Part shown: positions 28,908 through 39,269 of the stretch, one piece after another | Position numbering within the stretch: position 1 is the stretch's first letter | Layout of the letters: each line of letters begins with the position of its first letter | DNA from: an uncultured delta proteobacterium | Lineage (GTDB): Bacteria; Desulfobacterota; Binatia; HRBIN30; BPIQ01 | Length of the DNA: 64,000 nucleotides | Direction of reading: 5' to 3' | Assembly: GCA_963761335.1 (NCBI GenBank) | Contig: CAVXGR010000024.1 | Span: forward strand, 64,001 to 128,000 | Position numbers and translations under genes: made by a program | The notes under the pieces: generated by a model | Told to the model about the DNA's origin: nothing | The model's database searches: none | What the model saw: only the letters and a program-made list of their open reading frames with translations

Positions 28908-29834
28908 ATGAAGACGTGGCGAGTGATGGTGATGGTAGCGGCGGGGGCCTGCGTTTTGACCCTCGCTGGATGCGACGACAACGATAACGTTCCAACCGTT
29001 CCAACCGTGGTCCCAACCAAAACCGCAGTGGTCGAGAACACCAACACGCCGAAGCCGGTGGCGACGGCGACCAGCGTGCCGGCGACCGCGACCGCCGCGG
29101 CGACCGCGACCGAAACCGGGCCGGTTGGCCCGACGGCGACGCCGACGGAGACGCCGATGCAGGGCGCCGGGCTGGGGACGCGCGAGGTCAGCATCGCCGT
29201 CGCGAACTCCGGATTCTTCACCAGCGCGCTGGCGGGCGTCAACGTCGCCGCGAGCTTCGTCGGCGGACCGATCAAGCTGGTTGCGGGAGATCCCGATTCG
29301 GATGGTATCGCCCAGGTGACCGTCGCCGAGGACGTGGTCGCCGGCGCGGGGCTGATTGCCGGCCAGGGTGCCGTGTGCGTCAAGATCTTCGCACAGGGGT
29401 CGACGGGACAGGTCGATTGCGATGGCGGCAGCCCGAATGACGTCACCGTGACGCTCGACAGCCACGGCTCCGATGCCGGCGGAGATTTCACGATCGAGAC
29501 CGGGCAGGGCGCCGATGGCGGCGCCGGAGCCATGACCCTCGTGGTCATGCAGTCGACGGCCCAGGAAGGGGCCGGCTTCGATCCGAACGACTGCGCCAGC
29601 GCTGACTTCGGCGCACCGACAATGATTGCCTACACGACCGGCACGGGTACGGCCGTGGTTATGAACGCGGTCCAGGGCGGAACGGTCATGCTGTCGAAGA
29701 CCGGAAGCAACGTGGACTGCTCCACTTGGACGTCCGGCACGGGCGCAGTGTTGATCTCTCCGGTTCCGGCCGAGGAGATCCTGGCGGGCACCGACGGCGC
29801 CAACATCGTCGTCGTCGGCGAGCCGAGCAGCTGA
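28908..29834 (+). CDS. Surface lipoprotein with Thr/Pro/Ala-rich N-terminal linker (candidate glycoprotein)
   Basis: AAAGGAGGT RBS, signal peptide with lipobox LAGC, VPTVPTVVPTKT...ATATSVPATATAAATATETGPVGPTATPTETP linker, Gly/Thr-rich beta domain with four Cys. Confidence 0.8.
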   Translation: MKTWRVMVMVAAGACVLTLAGCDDNDNVPTVPTVVPTKTAVVENTNTPKPVATATSVPATATAAATATETGPVGPTATPTETPMQGAGLGTREVSIAVANSGFFTSALAGVNVAASFVGGPIKLVAGDPDSDGIAQVTVAEDVVAGAGLIAGQGAVCVKIFAQGSTGQVDCDGGSPNDVTVTLDSHGSDAGGDFTIETGQGADGGAGAMTLVVMQSTAQEGAGFDPNDCASADFGAPTMIAYTTGTGTAVVMNAVQGGTVMLSKTGSNVDCSTWTSGTGAVLISPVPAEEILAGTDGANIVVVGEPSS

Positions 29835-29840
29835 TTTAGG

Positions 29841-29873
29841 AGGGGAGCGGCCCAGTGGCCGCTCCCCTTTTTT
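29841..29873 (+). terminator. Intrinsic (rho-independent) terminator
   Basis: AGGGGAGCGGCC-CAGT-GGCCGCTCCCCT stem followed by a T run, a few bp after the lipoprotein stop. Confidence 0.9.
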
Positions 29874-29980
29874 CCTGGAGGACGCGTCGGCCGCTCGAGC
29901 GGCCGAGCCAAGGTCGGTCATCTGTCTCCCTATTCGTCTCCGCGTACTCAAGCACCGGCCCTCTCCAATGGGAGGATGCA

Positions 29981-30899
29981 GTGCTGTGTACTTCCATAGT
30001 TTCAAAGGCTGCAATCGCCGCCGTTCTGTGCACGTTGGCGTTGCCGGCGATGTCGGCGGCTCAATGCCTCGCCGATTGCGACGGCAACGGCCGGCGAAGC
30101 GCCTTTGAGCTGGCCAAGATCAATGAGCTGCTGCTCGCCTGTCCGTGCAGTGGCGGCGTCATCGGCGGCAACCCCAACGGCTGCGCCGAGGCCGCCGGGC
30201 TCAGCTGTCTCGCTGCCGACGAGAACATGGACGGCTGCATCAAGGCCAGCGAGAAGGCGAAGATCAACGAGGCCGTGTTGCAGGGCGGCTCTGCCTGCCC
30301 TCGTTGTGGCAACGGCGTGCTGGAGTCGGGCGAGGCGTGCGACGACGGCAACAACTACGGCGCCGACGGCTGCGCCGGGAACTGTACCGTCGAGCAGACG
30401 GTCAGCCTCGATCTCGGCGGCGCGACCTGTGTCGGCGGGGACTTCATCGACCAACCATGTGACTCCTCTGAGATCTTCAACAACTTCGGCTGCTACGGCG
30501 GGGTGTGCGGAACCACCAGCGTGACGGTTCTCCACAGCGCAAGGCTCACGATCAGCATGCTACTCTCCGGCAGGCAACAGCTCGAGATCGGCGGCATCAC
30601 CGGCGCTGGCGGTACCATCGGGGCCGATGGATTCACCAATTTCAGCTCCGGTCAGATTCCTGTCACCGCGAAGGTGACTGACGGCATGCTCAACCGCGCC
30701 GACATTCCTGGCGTCGGTTGTGCCTGCGTTCGCGGCCGGGCGGTGAACGAGGGTGATTGTGTCGAGGAGCGGCACCAACTTCGACTGCTCCACTTGGACG
30801 AGCGGCAGCGGCGCTGCGCTGGTCTCTCCGCTCCCTGCCGAGAACTTCCTGGCGGGCACCGACGCTGCCAACCTGGTGGTGGTGCGCGAGCGAAGGTGA
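29981..30899 (+). pseudogene. Secreted Cys-rich protein (dockerin-like + Myxococcus Cys-rich/DUF4215 repeat + domain paralogous to upstream lipoprotein), disrupted by frameshift or internal deletion near 30750
   Basis: GGAGG + GTG 29981, signal peptide, CLADCDGNG, ADENMDGCI, CGNGVLESGEACDDGN..GADGC..NC; a different frame (30753-30899) encodes a tail 31/48 identical to the lipoprotein C-terminus. Confidence 0.65.
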
Positions 30900-30967
30900 T
30901 CCCGTTGGGGGTCTGATGAGAACGGGAGCCACGCAGGGATCGGCTGCACTGGCCTCGGCGATGTCGA

Positions 30968-33388
30968 CTACGAGTTCGACTCGAATAGGGCTCCCGCCGT
31001 GTAGAACGGCACCACCTGCAGCCCCGCCGGCGTCTGCCAGGAGAGCCGCGTCCCCGTCTCTGCCTCGCGGGGGAAGGTGGCGGAGACCACGACCTCGTGC
31101 GGCCCCGGCGCCAGAAGCATCGGCGCGGCCGTGATCGGCGTTCCGTCCACGGTTGCCTCCACGGGAAGGTTGCGGCGGCTTTCGACCACGAAGACGTAAG
31201 GAGCCTGGGCGGCGATCTGCAGTGTTCCGCGCCACTCGGCCGTGCAGGTGTCGATCTTCTGCGGCGGCGGTGGCCGATAGCAGGCCCGAGGCACGAAGGC
31301 GAAGCCGAGGAAGGGCTCGTCGCGCTCGAGAAAGGGGGTGCCTTCCGGCGAGGGGCCGAACCAGTAGCGCGCGTGGAGGTATGGGTGGTAGGGCTGCGGC
31401 TCTGGATGCGGCGGCAGGTCGCAGGCCGTGTAGGCGATGTAGGGGTTGTCGGAGTCGACGAAATCACTGCAGCGCGTGCCCGGATAGACCTCGGCGAGCA
31501 GACGCGCAATGGCCTGGCGCGCGAAGGGGAGCTGGATCACCACGGAGATCGGACGGTCCGAGTGCGGCAGCGCCGCGGGCGGCAGCGCCGAGCTGAGATC
31601 GGGCAGGTCCTCGCCGTGGATGCGGTCGGCGATCATCCAGTAGTAGTCGGATGGCTGGAAGAAGGTCTTCAGATCGGAGAGCAGCAGAATCTCGCGTCCA
31701 GGTGCGCGCCGCCGGCCGTACTCGATGAGTGTCGTGTACTGGTTCTTGAACGCCTGCCGGACACGGCGATCCTTGGACATCTTGTTGAAGTAGACGTTGT
31801 AGTTCCACCCCAGGGCGAAGAGGCCGCCGGCGACGGCGAGCAGCGGCAGGACGCCGCGGCGGATCGGGGCCGGCAGGCTCTGCGCCTGGAGCCAGAGACG
31901 GTCGACGAACAGCGCTGCGAACAGGGCCACGAAGGGAGTGACCCCCTGGAGGCGCCGGACGTCGAGATTCTGCACGAAGACGGCACCGCCGAGCAGGAGA
32001 AAGACGAAGGTGAAGAGAAAGAAGGCGTTGAAGCGGCGCCAGGGAAAGCAGGCGGCGAGAATCAGGCCGCCGACGAAGAGCACCGAGGTGAGCGGGTCGA
32101 GCATTGGCTCGCCCGGGTAGTTGAAGGTGTCGGCATCGTCGCCGTGATGCATGAAGATGCGGGCCGTGTTGCGGAGGCGCTCGTATCTCTGGTGGAAGAA
32201 CTTGCCGGTGTCGTTGGTGTAGTATTGCTTGTTGGAGAGCGAGCGGTTGGCGGCTTCGAAGTAGTAGTAGGGCTGCGCCTTGTTGGAGGTGGTGATGATG
32301 ATGATCGGCACGAACAGCGACACCGCCAGAACCGTGACGATGCCGACGGCGAACAGGTCCCGGAGAACGGCACGCGCCGCCGCCAGCTTCTCGGGCTCGG
32401 CGGCGGCGCGCACGAAACCGCGGAGATGGCGCGCCAGCAGCATTCCCAGAAAAAGTAGCGCGAGAAGGGTGGTGCCGCGGTAGCCGGCGTAGGCGTAGAG
32501 CGTGTAGCCGCTGAGCAGGCCGATCCACGGCAGCGTCGTCAGCCGGCCGGTGCGGGCGTAGCTCACCAACAGGGACAGGTCGAGAACCACCAGGCAGTTG
32601 GTCAGAAAGATGTTGTGGGCGGCGCGGCTGTAGATGATGTTCCAGCTGGAGACGGCGAACAGGAAGGTTCCAGCCAGGGCCGCCGGTCGCGACACCAGCT
32701 GCCGCAGCAGGAGGTACACGGGAATGATCGTCAGGATGCTGAAGACGGTGAACGGGATGCGCACCGTCAGAATGCTCGGATCGTCGGTCAGGTAGATGGC
32801 GGCGGCCGTCAGATACTGATCGAACATGAACTCCCACGGGCGCATGTGCTCGTGCAGAATCTTGAAGCCGGCGTTTCCCGCCTGGGGCTCCTCGATGGCG
32901 TGCATGCTGAACGCTGCCGGGAAGTCGGTGTAGTGATAGAAGCGAAGAAAGGCGCCGAGGGCGACGATCGCCAGCAGGGCGATCAGCTCGAAGCGTTCCC
33001 AGCTGGGCGCCTTCGGCGGATCGAATGCACGAAGGCTCACCGACATGGAGGTGACGCCGGCCAGCACCAGGGCGACGCTATAGGCGAACCACCACGCCCA
33101 GTCGCGCGACAGCAGCACCGAGGCGGTGATCACCGCGACGATGCCGAGGAAGAGTCCGATGCCGGCGAAAAAGCGAGCCGGGCGACTGGGTCGCACGGCG
33201 GCCAGGGGAAGAGGCTGCGGCGAAGGATCCCCCCAGCCGAGCAACAGCGCCGCGGCGAGCGCCGCAAGCAGAAAGAGCGCGGTGGGAAAGACGTCGTCCG
33301 GCGCCAGGCGAATGCAGTACTGGCCATAGCCCATGGCCACGAGGGCGGCGACGCAGGCGAGCGCGAAAAGAAGACGGCGGAGACGCAT
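30968..33388 (-). CDS. GT-C (PMT/ArnT-like) glycosyltransferase with C-terminal PA14-like domain
   Basis: LRFYHY...HAIEEP, SSWNIIYSR, GYTLYAYAGYR, PMLDP; C-terminal AEWRGTLQI...Y.F...L.PGPHEV...LSWQTP. Confidence 0.82.
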   Translation of the reverse strand: MRLRRLLFALACVAALVAMGYGQYCIRLAPDDVFPTALFLLAALAAALLLGWGDPSPQPLPLAAVRPSRPARFFAGIGLFLGIVAVITASVLLSRDWAWWFAYSVALVLAGVTSMSVSLRAFDPPKAPSWERFELIALLAIVALGAFLRFYHYTDFPAAFSMHAIEEPQAGNAGFKILHEHMRPWEFMFDQYLTAAAIYLTDDPSILTVRIPFTVFSILTIIPVYLLLRQLVSRPAALAGTFLFAVSSWNIIYSRAAHNIFLTNCLVVLDLSLLVSYARTGRLTTLPWIGLLSGYTLYAYAGYRGTTLLALLFLGMLLARHLRGFVRAAAEPEKLAAARAVLRDLFAVGIVTVLAVSLFVPIIIITTSNKAQPYYYFEAANRSLSNKQYYTNDTGKFFHQRYERLRNTARIFMHHGDDADTFNYPGEPMLDPLTSVLFVGGLILAACFPWRRFNAFFLFTFVFLLLGGAVFVQNLDVRRLQGVTPFVALFAALFVDRLWLQAQSLPAPIRRGVLPLLAVAGGLFALGWNYNVYFNKMSKDRRVRQAFKNQYTTLIEYGRRRAPGREILLLSDLKTFFQPSDYYWMIADRIHGEDLPDLSSALPPAALPHSDRPISVVIQLPFARQAIARLLAEVYPGTRCSDFVDSDNPYIAYTACDLPPHPEPQPYHPYLHARYWFGPSPEGTPFLERDEPFLGFAFVPRACYRPPPPQKIDTCTAEWRGTLQIAAQAPYVFVVESRRNLPVEATVDGTPITAAPMLLAPGPHEVVVSATFPREAETGTRLSWQTPAGLQVVPFYTAGALFESNS

Positions 33389-33442
33389 GGAGAAGGAGAG
33401 GCTCCTTATTTCAGGGAATCGCGCCCCGGCGCAAGGCGCGGC

Positions 33443-36202
33443 TCACGGGACGGCATCGGTGGGCGAGAAATGCGGCGGAGGAACGAGCCTGGCGGCTTCC
33501 CCACCGGGCGGAGTCCAGAAGAGCTGAAACACCCGTCGCGTGGTGTTGGCCAGGCGGCGGCCGTCGTAGTGAACCTCGATTCGATGCGCACCCGCGGTCA
33601 GCTCCCGTTCCACCTTGCGGGTGATCATCTCCTCCGGGTTCACCTCGGTGGCGCTCAGCAGAGCGACACCATCCAGCGAAAGGTCGAAGGGGCCGGTGGT
33701 GTGGACCTCGAGCCCGTACGTACCGGAAGTGTCGACCAGCAGCGCGCCGGCGGCGTGGAACACAAACGGGGCGTGCACGGGCATGGTCTGCGGCTCGAAG
33801 AAGGTCTCCACCGAGTACAGGTCCAGCATGGGCTCGATGGCCGCCGAAACGGTGTGGCCGTCGTCGTATTCGGCCCGCAGGCCGTGCCAGACCGTGTCCG
33901 GGCGGAAGTCCCAGCGGCTGAGAAGGCGCACCCCGGTGGTGTCGATGATGCGTATCGAGAGCCGACGCGTGGGCGTGGCCGCCGGCTCGTCGATCGCCAC
34001 CGGCAGCCAGCCGCGCGGCAGCTGCAGCGAGGCTGCCGTGGTTCCGGCGGCGTCCATGGTCACAGTCTGTCCGCCCAGCTCCAGGTGCAGCGGGTGGTCG
34101 CTCTCGATTTCGAGACGTGCCGGCCGCGAGGTGGGCCAGTAGATCTGGCCTCGCCACTGCAGCGGTCTTCCCGCCGGCGCTCCGGCGCCGAAGGGATCCA
34201 TTGCTGCCCCCGCATCCTCCGTTGTCCCGGCGAGTCGCAGGCCGGCGCGCTGGCGCAGCGCGTCTGCCGATATGGCCACCGTTCGCATGATCAGCTGGTG
34301 CTCGGGACCGGGGCTGACCTCGGCAAGCACCGCAGCCGGATAGAGCTGGTGGACGTAGTCGGCAAGCGTCAGCTGTGTCGGCCCGAGAATCAGACCGAGC
34401 GGGGTATCTGTCGGCGTATGGATCGGTAGCAGGTGCGCCACCTCGTCGACGTCCTGGAGGTCGCGCCTCGGGAAGTCGAGCTGGAAGAGCTCGTCCCGGG
34501 AGAAGTGCAGGTAGTGCTCGAGCCCCATCATGCGCACGCGCGCCGTCGGCGGAAAGCGGCGCACGGCGTGCGCCAGCTCCGACATGAAATCAAACTCCTC
34601 ACGGGGGAAACGGACGAAGTAGGTGTCGTAGTTCAACCACGCGGCCGCGCCGAGGAGAGCCAGCACCAGTGCGCCGGTCGCCCAGCGCGACCAGGCGCGT
34701 GCACTGCCGGCGCACAGCAGCCAGGCAAGGGGCAGGGCGGCGATGATGGCGACGTCCGGCAGGAGACCGACGAGGCGCACGAACGCCGGTGGAGCCACCG
34801 TCAGCACGCCGCCGACCAGGGTGGTCAGCAGCCACCAGAGCAGCAAGAAGGCGTATCGCGGTCGGATCAGGCGCATGCTGGCGCCGATCAGGCCGACGAC
34901 GAACAACGCCGCACTCACCTGGTCCAGCATGCCGCCGCCGCGGTATCCCAGATGGTAGGCGTCGCCGGGAATTACCCCGAATCCGAGCCAGGTGAGCCAC
35001 ACCTGACCGCCGAGAACCCGCGCCGCCGCTCCGAGGCCGCCCGCGCTCCACGCCTCGAGCACCTGAGACATGACTTGCCGGTTGCGGGACATGTACGTCC
35101 ACTCGAACCAGTGCCGGCCGAAGTGGAAGGAGTCGGTGACGTACATCATGAGCGGAAAGGTCAGCAGCAGGAATCCGGCGAGGGTGACGAGGACAGCTCG
35201 CCAGTGACTGCGCACGGTGCTCGGTGCGCCGACCGCGCACAGCGCCACCCAGGCGAGCCACAGCGGCAGAGCCAGCTGACCGGCGTTGTAGGTGTAGTAG
35301 CACAGGCCCAGCGCGAAGCCGGTGAACAGATAGTGCCGGGCGCGGCCGCCGTTGATGCCGCGCCACCAGAAGTAGAACGCCGCCGATTCGAACATCATCA
35401 CCTGCGAGTGGCAGATGCCCATGCGGCTGAAGTCGAGCGAGGTGCGCCCGACGGCGAGCAAGACCCCCGAGAGGATTGCCATGCGCGGCCCGAAGAGCTG
35501 GCGTGCCAGCAGATAGGTAAAGAGGACCGCGAGCGTACCGAACAAAGACGAGGCCAGTCGCAGGCTGGTGGTGTCGATCCCCAGGAAGGGGGCGAAGATT
35601 CCCTGGAGAGACAGGCCGAGCGTCGGCCAGGTGTTCCAGCCAAGGTTGAAGAAGTTCGGCACGGCGCCGGCGCTGAAGTGCTGCAGGACGTACACTCCGA
35701 CACGCGGCTCGTCGCCGAAATAATAGGGTGGGACCTCGGCGATCCAGAGCGTGCGCGCCGCCGCCGCAAGCGCCAGGATGGCGGCCATTGCGGCTGCCTC
35801 GGCGGCGCTCCACGATGGCGCCCGGCGTGCCGGGGGCGAGGCAACTCCCTCCCACAGCGCCAGGGAGGCAGCCAGGAGACCTCCCAGCCAGATCAGCAGG
35901 GCCACGACTGGCGCCTGGTCGTTCAGCGACAGGGTCGTGGCGGCGCCCACCAGGAGCACGGCGGCAGCGGCGAATGTCACAAACCGCCATCGTCCCACAC
36001 TCGCCACGGGTGAGACCGTTGCCGGCGGGAGTAGCCCTCGGCCCCGCGCCGCGGCTCCCATCAGGATCCCGGCCATTCCGAACAGCGCCCAACCCGTGGG
36101 CGACTCGTGCTGCGCCTGGACCAGATGCTGTGCGGCGAGCCCCATACCGATGGCGATCGGGGCCAGGGCGAGGGGGAGGAGCGATGAGACCTTCGACGAC
36201 AC
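33443..36202 (-). CDS. GT-C (PMT/ArnT-like) glycosyltransferase with tandem PA14-like domains
   Basis: YYFGDEP, SLDFSR, LCYYTYNAG, GGMLD; C-terminal WRGQIYWP and GLRAEY...GTYGL...LTAGAHRIEVHY...LFWTPPGG. Confidence 0.82.
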   Translation of the reverse strand: MSSKVSSLLPLALAPIAIGMGLAAQHLVQAQHESPTGWALFGMAGILMGAAARGRGLLPPATVSPVASVGRWRFVTFAAAAVLLVGAATTLSLNDQAPVVALLIWLGGLLAASLALWEGVASPPARRAPSWSAAEAAAMAAILALAAAARTLWIAEVPPYYFGDEPRVGVYVLQHFSAGAVPNFFNLGWNTWPTLGLSLQGIFAPFLGIDTTSLRLASSLFGTLAVLFTYLLARQLFGPRMAILSGVLLAVGRTSLDFSRMGICHSQVMMFESAAFYFWWRGINGGRARHYLFTGFALGLCYYTYNAGQLALPLWLAWVALCAVGAPSTVRSHWRAVLVTLAGFLLLTFPLMMYVTDSFHFGRHWFEWTYMSRNRQVMSQVLEAWSAGGLGAAARVLGGQVWLTWLGFGVIPGDAYHLGYRGGGMLDQVSAALFVVGLIGASMRLIRPRYAFLLLWWLLTTLVGGVLTVAPPAFVRLVGLLPDVAIIAALPLAWLLCAGSARAWSRWATGALVLALLGAAAWLNYDTYFVRFPREEFDFMSELAHAVRRFPPTARVRMMGLEHYLHFSRDELFQLDFPRRDLQDVDEVAHLLPIHTPTDTPLGLILGPTQLTLADYVHQLYPAAVLAEVSPGPEHQLIMRTVAISADALRQRAGLRLAGTTEDAGAAMDPFGAGAPAGRPLQWRGQIYWPTSRPARLEIESDHPLHLELGGQTVTMDAAGTTAASLQLPRGWLPVAIDEPAATPTRRLSIRIIDTTGVRLLSRWDFRPDTVWHGLRAEYDDGHTVSAAIEPMLDLYSVETFFEPQTMPVHAPFVFHAAGALLVDTSGTYGLEVHTTGPFDLSLDGVALLSATEVNPEEMITRKVERELTAGAHRIEVHYDGRRLANTTRRVFQLFWTPPGGEAARLVPPPHFSPTDAVP

Positions 36203-36322
36203 GGTGCCGCTGGCCGTACCAGAATTCTCCCGGAAACTCCAAAATCATGGCCACCGCCTTTGAACTACGACCTCATTTGCGCTACGGGCTACGCTTGGCT
36301 GCGCCGTGCTGGCGCAGATGAG

Positions 36323-39256
36323 ATGACGTCAGAGCAGCTAGGCTTGTCAGGTGCCGCAGCCCGCGGTGTGCGGGAATCTGACCGGCCGGGACGTCTGAGG
36401 CGGCTGCGCGGGCCGCTGGGTCTGCCGTTCCTGCTGCTCGTATGCTGGGGCGCGCTGCGTTTGCTGGACCGCACCGGCGAGCTGGCGTTCCTGCCGGAGT
36501 TCGCCCTCATCCTCGCCGGGGCATATGCGCTGTCGCCGGCGCAGCCGCGCGTCGTGCCTTCGGCGCGCATCTACGTGGTCCTGGGCACACTCTTCGCGGC
36601 TGCCATCGGTCTGTTCTTCCGGCTGCGCTATCTGTGGACAGTGCCCCCGGGTTGGGGATTCGAACCGCTCCGCTTTGTCTTCTTCGCGCAACAGCTCATC
36701 CAGGAGCACTTCCCCTATCGGCCGTACGACTGGTACGCCCACACCCTGTACTCGTACTGGATCGCTCTGGCGATGCTGGTGGTTCGTCAGCCGTTGCTCG
36801 CCTTTCGCGTGGCCTCCGTCGTTCTGAGCATCTCGACCCTGGTGGCCATGTGGCTGTGCCTGCGGCGCCTGATCAGCGCCCGCGCCGCGTGGATCGGCAC
36901 GGCCTTGCTGGGGTCGTCGTACTGGCACATGTTCGCCTCCCGCAACGGCTATCACCAGCTGCAGCTGCCGCTGTTCCAGCTGCTCTTCATGTACGGCCTC
37001 ATCGGCGGTGTGCAGACGGCGCGCTTTCGGTACTTCCTGGTGGCGGCGGTGGCCATGGTCCTCGGGTTGCACTGTCACTGGGGCTTCTACCTGATGCCAC
37101 CGGTGTGGTTGGTATTCGTGCTCTACCTGTTCGTCTATCACCGCGACCTCTGGCGCCGCGCCATGCCGGGAATGATGATCGCCGCGGGGCTGACCACGCT
37201 GGCGCTGGTGCCATTGGCGACGTTCTACTGGTACCACCTGAAGGTCTTCGGCTACATCGGCCAGGGGTTCGACCCGCGAAGCGTGCAGAGCAGCGGTCAG
37301 GCGACGAAGCTGCTCCGCAATCTCAGCTTCATCCTCTGGGAGCTTTCCGGGCATCCGCACGCGCGCGCCGAGTACGGACCGGCGACCGATTGGCTGGTGG
37401 CCTCGGGTACGTTGCTCGGGCTGGCGCTGTCGCTGCGCTGGTTCAAGCGCTCGCCGGCGCACGCGCTGCTCGTGATCCTCTTTCTCATCAACTGCGCCGG
37501 CCTGGCGGTGACCGTCGGCAACTACTTCTACATCATCGCCACCATGGCGGCCGCCTATGCCTTCGCGGCGATCGCGGTTGCGGCCACCCTCGAGCAGTGG
37601 GAGACGCTGAGCCCGCGGCTGGCGCCGGCGGCGTTTGCGGTCGTCGTCGGGGTCATCGGCTGGCAGGCCCACAACAACTTTGCGTGGTACATCGGCGAGC
37701 GCATCTACCGGGAGACGGCCCATCCGTTCAAGTCTCCGGGGTCGTCGTATCCGGTCCTTCCAGAGGTGGAGCGCCTGGCCGCGACCCATACCGTGTTTCT
37801 GCCGCGCGACGAGCCCGGTCGCGACTTCGACGATCAGCTCTACGCTCTCGGCGACAAGCTGCCGGCGTACTCCTTTCTCCACAAGACGCACGTCTACGAC
37901 GTCACCCGCATTCTCTTCCCGGCGGTGGAGACCGGTGGCCCGGACGGGGTGGCAATCGTGGTTCCCAACGGTCCCTACGTCGATCGCGTCATCCTGCCGA
38001 CCTTGCGCAAGCTCTATCCGCGGCTGGAGATCGCCATGATCATGCCCCCGGAGCCGTATCGTTCGGAGAAGGACATCGCCGTCGCCTATCGCCTCGTCAT
38101 CCCCCAAGCCGACCTGCGCCGCTATCAGGGGCTGCGGCGCAAGGCGGCGGCGGACGGCGGCGAAGCGAGCCTCGACGGCTTCCTCTTCGTCCCGGAGGAC
38201 GGACGCTACTTCTTTCACCACCTGCACGAGTCGACCGCTCGTCTCTGGCTCCACGGCGAGGAGGTGGAGTTCGGCGAGCAATCCGCCACGCCGCTGGAAG
38301 CGGGCCTCCACCCCCTGCATATGGTGGGCGGCACCCCCGAGGAGGTGCTGTGGCGGGGGCCGTCGGTGCACTGGGAGTCGCTGGTGCCGCACCTTCTGAA
38401 CGACGGTGGCCAGCGCCCGGAGCTGTTTGCGCCGTACCTTGCGGCAATGGGACGCCAGGCGCCGTTCTACTATTCGGAGACGGCCCGAGTGCCGGTGACG
38501 CCCTCGGTTCAGGACGCCCTGCTGACGGAGGGCGGAGGATTCGCGGCGATCGACGCGTATGCGTTCCGTCTGTACGGCAGCGCGCGCCAGGTGCTGGGCA
38601 CCGTCAAGATGCCGGGACCGCGCGATTTCCGCCTGGGAGCCACCGCCGATCAGTTCCTCACCCTGGATCCGAGCGGCGTGGTCTTCGGCATCGACGATAC
38701 CGGCTACCGGCAGCTGGCCAGCATTCCATGTCGCCCGGTCGACGAGGCCATGGACGGAGACCGCTTCGTGGCGCTGTGCATCGATGGGCGTCTGCTCGCC
38801 AGCTCGGGACCATCCCCGTCCGCCGAGCCGCTACTGGCTGCGGATGGAGCGCCGTTGCTGCGCCCGATCAGCATGGCGCGCGCCCCGGAAGGCTACTATG
38901 TGGTGGACGCCTTGGCCTCCGCGCTTCTCTTGTATGACGAGCACGGCAACCTCCTGCGCACGCAGCTGATGCCGCACCTCTACTGGGACTCGGAGGTGCG
39001 CGTGGATTCGGAGGGACGCCTGTACATCAAGCGCCGCGGGCAGGGAATGCGCACTTACTCGGCCGACGGGCACCTGCTGTTTCACCCGCTGACCGGGGTC
39101 CCGTCCCTCTTCGTGCGCGGCGAACGCCAGCCTCTCGACACCATGGCGCCGCTGCACATGAAGTTCAGCGGCGACCAGGCCATCGCCACGGCACGCGACG
39201 GGACCGTGCTGCTCTACGAGCGCCGCGCCTCCCCGGACCATCTCGACAGCCGCTGA
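36323..39256 (+). CDS. GT-C (PMT/ArnT-like) protein with PA14-like and degenerate beta-propeller C-terminal domains
   Basis: FRLRYLWTVPPGWGFEP, SYWHMFASR; GFLFVPEDGRYFF...LEAGLHPL; P.SMA...YYVVD propeller-like repeats; start uncertain (36260 or 36323). Confidence 0.78.
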   Translation: MTSEQLGLSGAAARGVRESDRPGRLRRLRGPLGLPFLLLVCWGALRLLDRTGELAFLPEFALILAGAYALSPAQPRVVPSARIYVVLGTLFAAAIGLFFRLRYLWTVPPGWGFEPLRFVFFAQQLIQEHFPYRPYDWYAHTLYSYWIALAMLVVRQPLLAFRVASVVLSISTLVAMWLCLRRLISARAAWIGTALLGSSYWHMFASRNGYHQLQLPLFQLLFMYGLIGGVQTARFRYFLVAAVAMVLGLHCHWGFYLMPPVWLVFVLYLFVYHRDLWRRAMPGMMIAAGLTTLALVPLATFYWYHLKVFGYIGQGFDPRSVQSSGQATKLLRNLSFILWELSGHPHARAEYGPATDWLVASGTLLGLALSLRWFKRSPAHALLVILFLINCAGLAVTVGNYFYIIATMAAAYAFAAIAVAATLEQWETLSPRLAPAAFAVVVGVIGWQAHNNFAWYIGERIYRETAHPFKSPGSSYPVLPEVERLAATHTVFLPRDEPGRDFDDQLYALGDKLPAYSFLHKTHVYDVTRILFPAVETGGPDGVAIVVPNGPYVDRVILPTLRKLYPRLEIAMIMPPEPYRSEKDIAVAYRLVIPQADLRRYQGLRRKAAADGGEASLDGFLFVPEDGRYFFHHLHESTARLWLHGEEVEFGEQSATPLEAGLHPLHMVGGTPEEVLWRGPSVHWESLVPHLLNDGGQRPELFAPYLAAMGRQAPFYYSETARVPVTPSVQDALLTEGGGFAAIDAYAFRLYGSARQVLGTVKMPGPRDFRLGATADQFLTLDPSGVVFGIDDTGYRQLASIPCRPVDEAMDGDRFVALCIDGRLLASSGPSPSAEPLLAADGAPLLRPISMARAPEGYYVVDALASALLLYDEHGNLLRTQLMPHLYWDSEVRVDSEGRLYIKRRGQGMRTYSADGHLLFHPLTGVPSLFVRGERQPLDTMAPLHMKFSGDQAIATARDGTVLLYERRASPDHLDSR

Positions 39257-39269
39257 GGGGCGGAGATTC

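Noticed and set aside
29685..30899. Paired ~150 bp similar segments as a DGR template/variable repeat
   Set aside because: Mismatches are not restricted to adenines, many are synonymous, and no reverse transcriptase is present in the window
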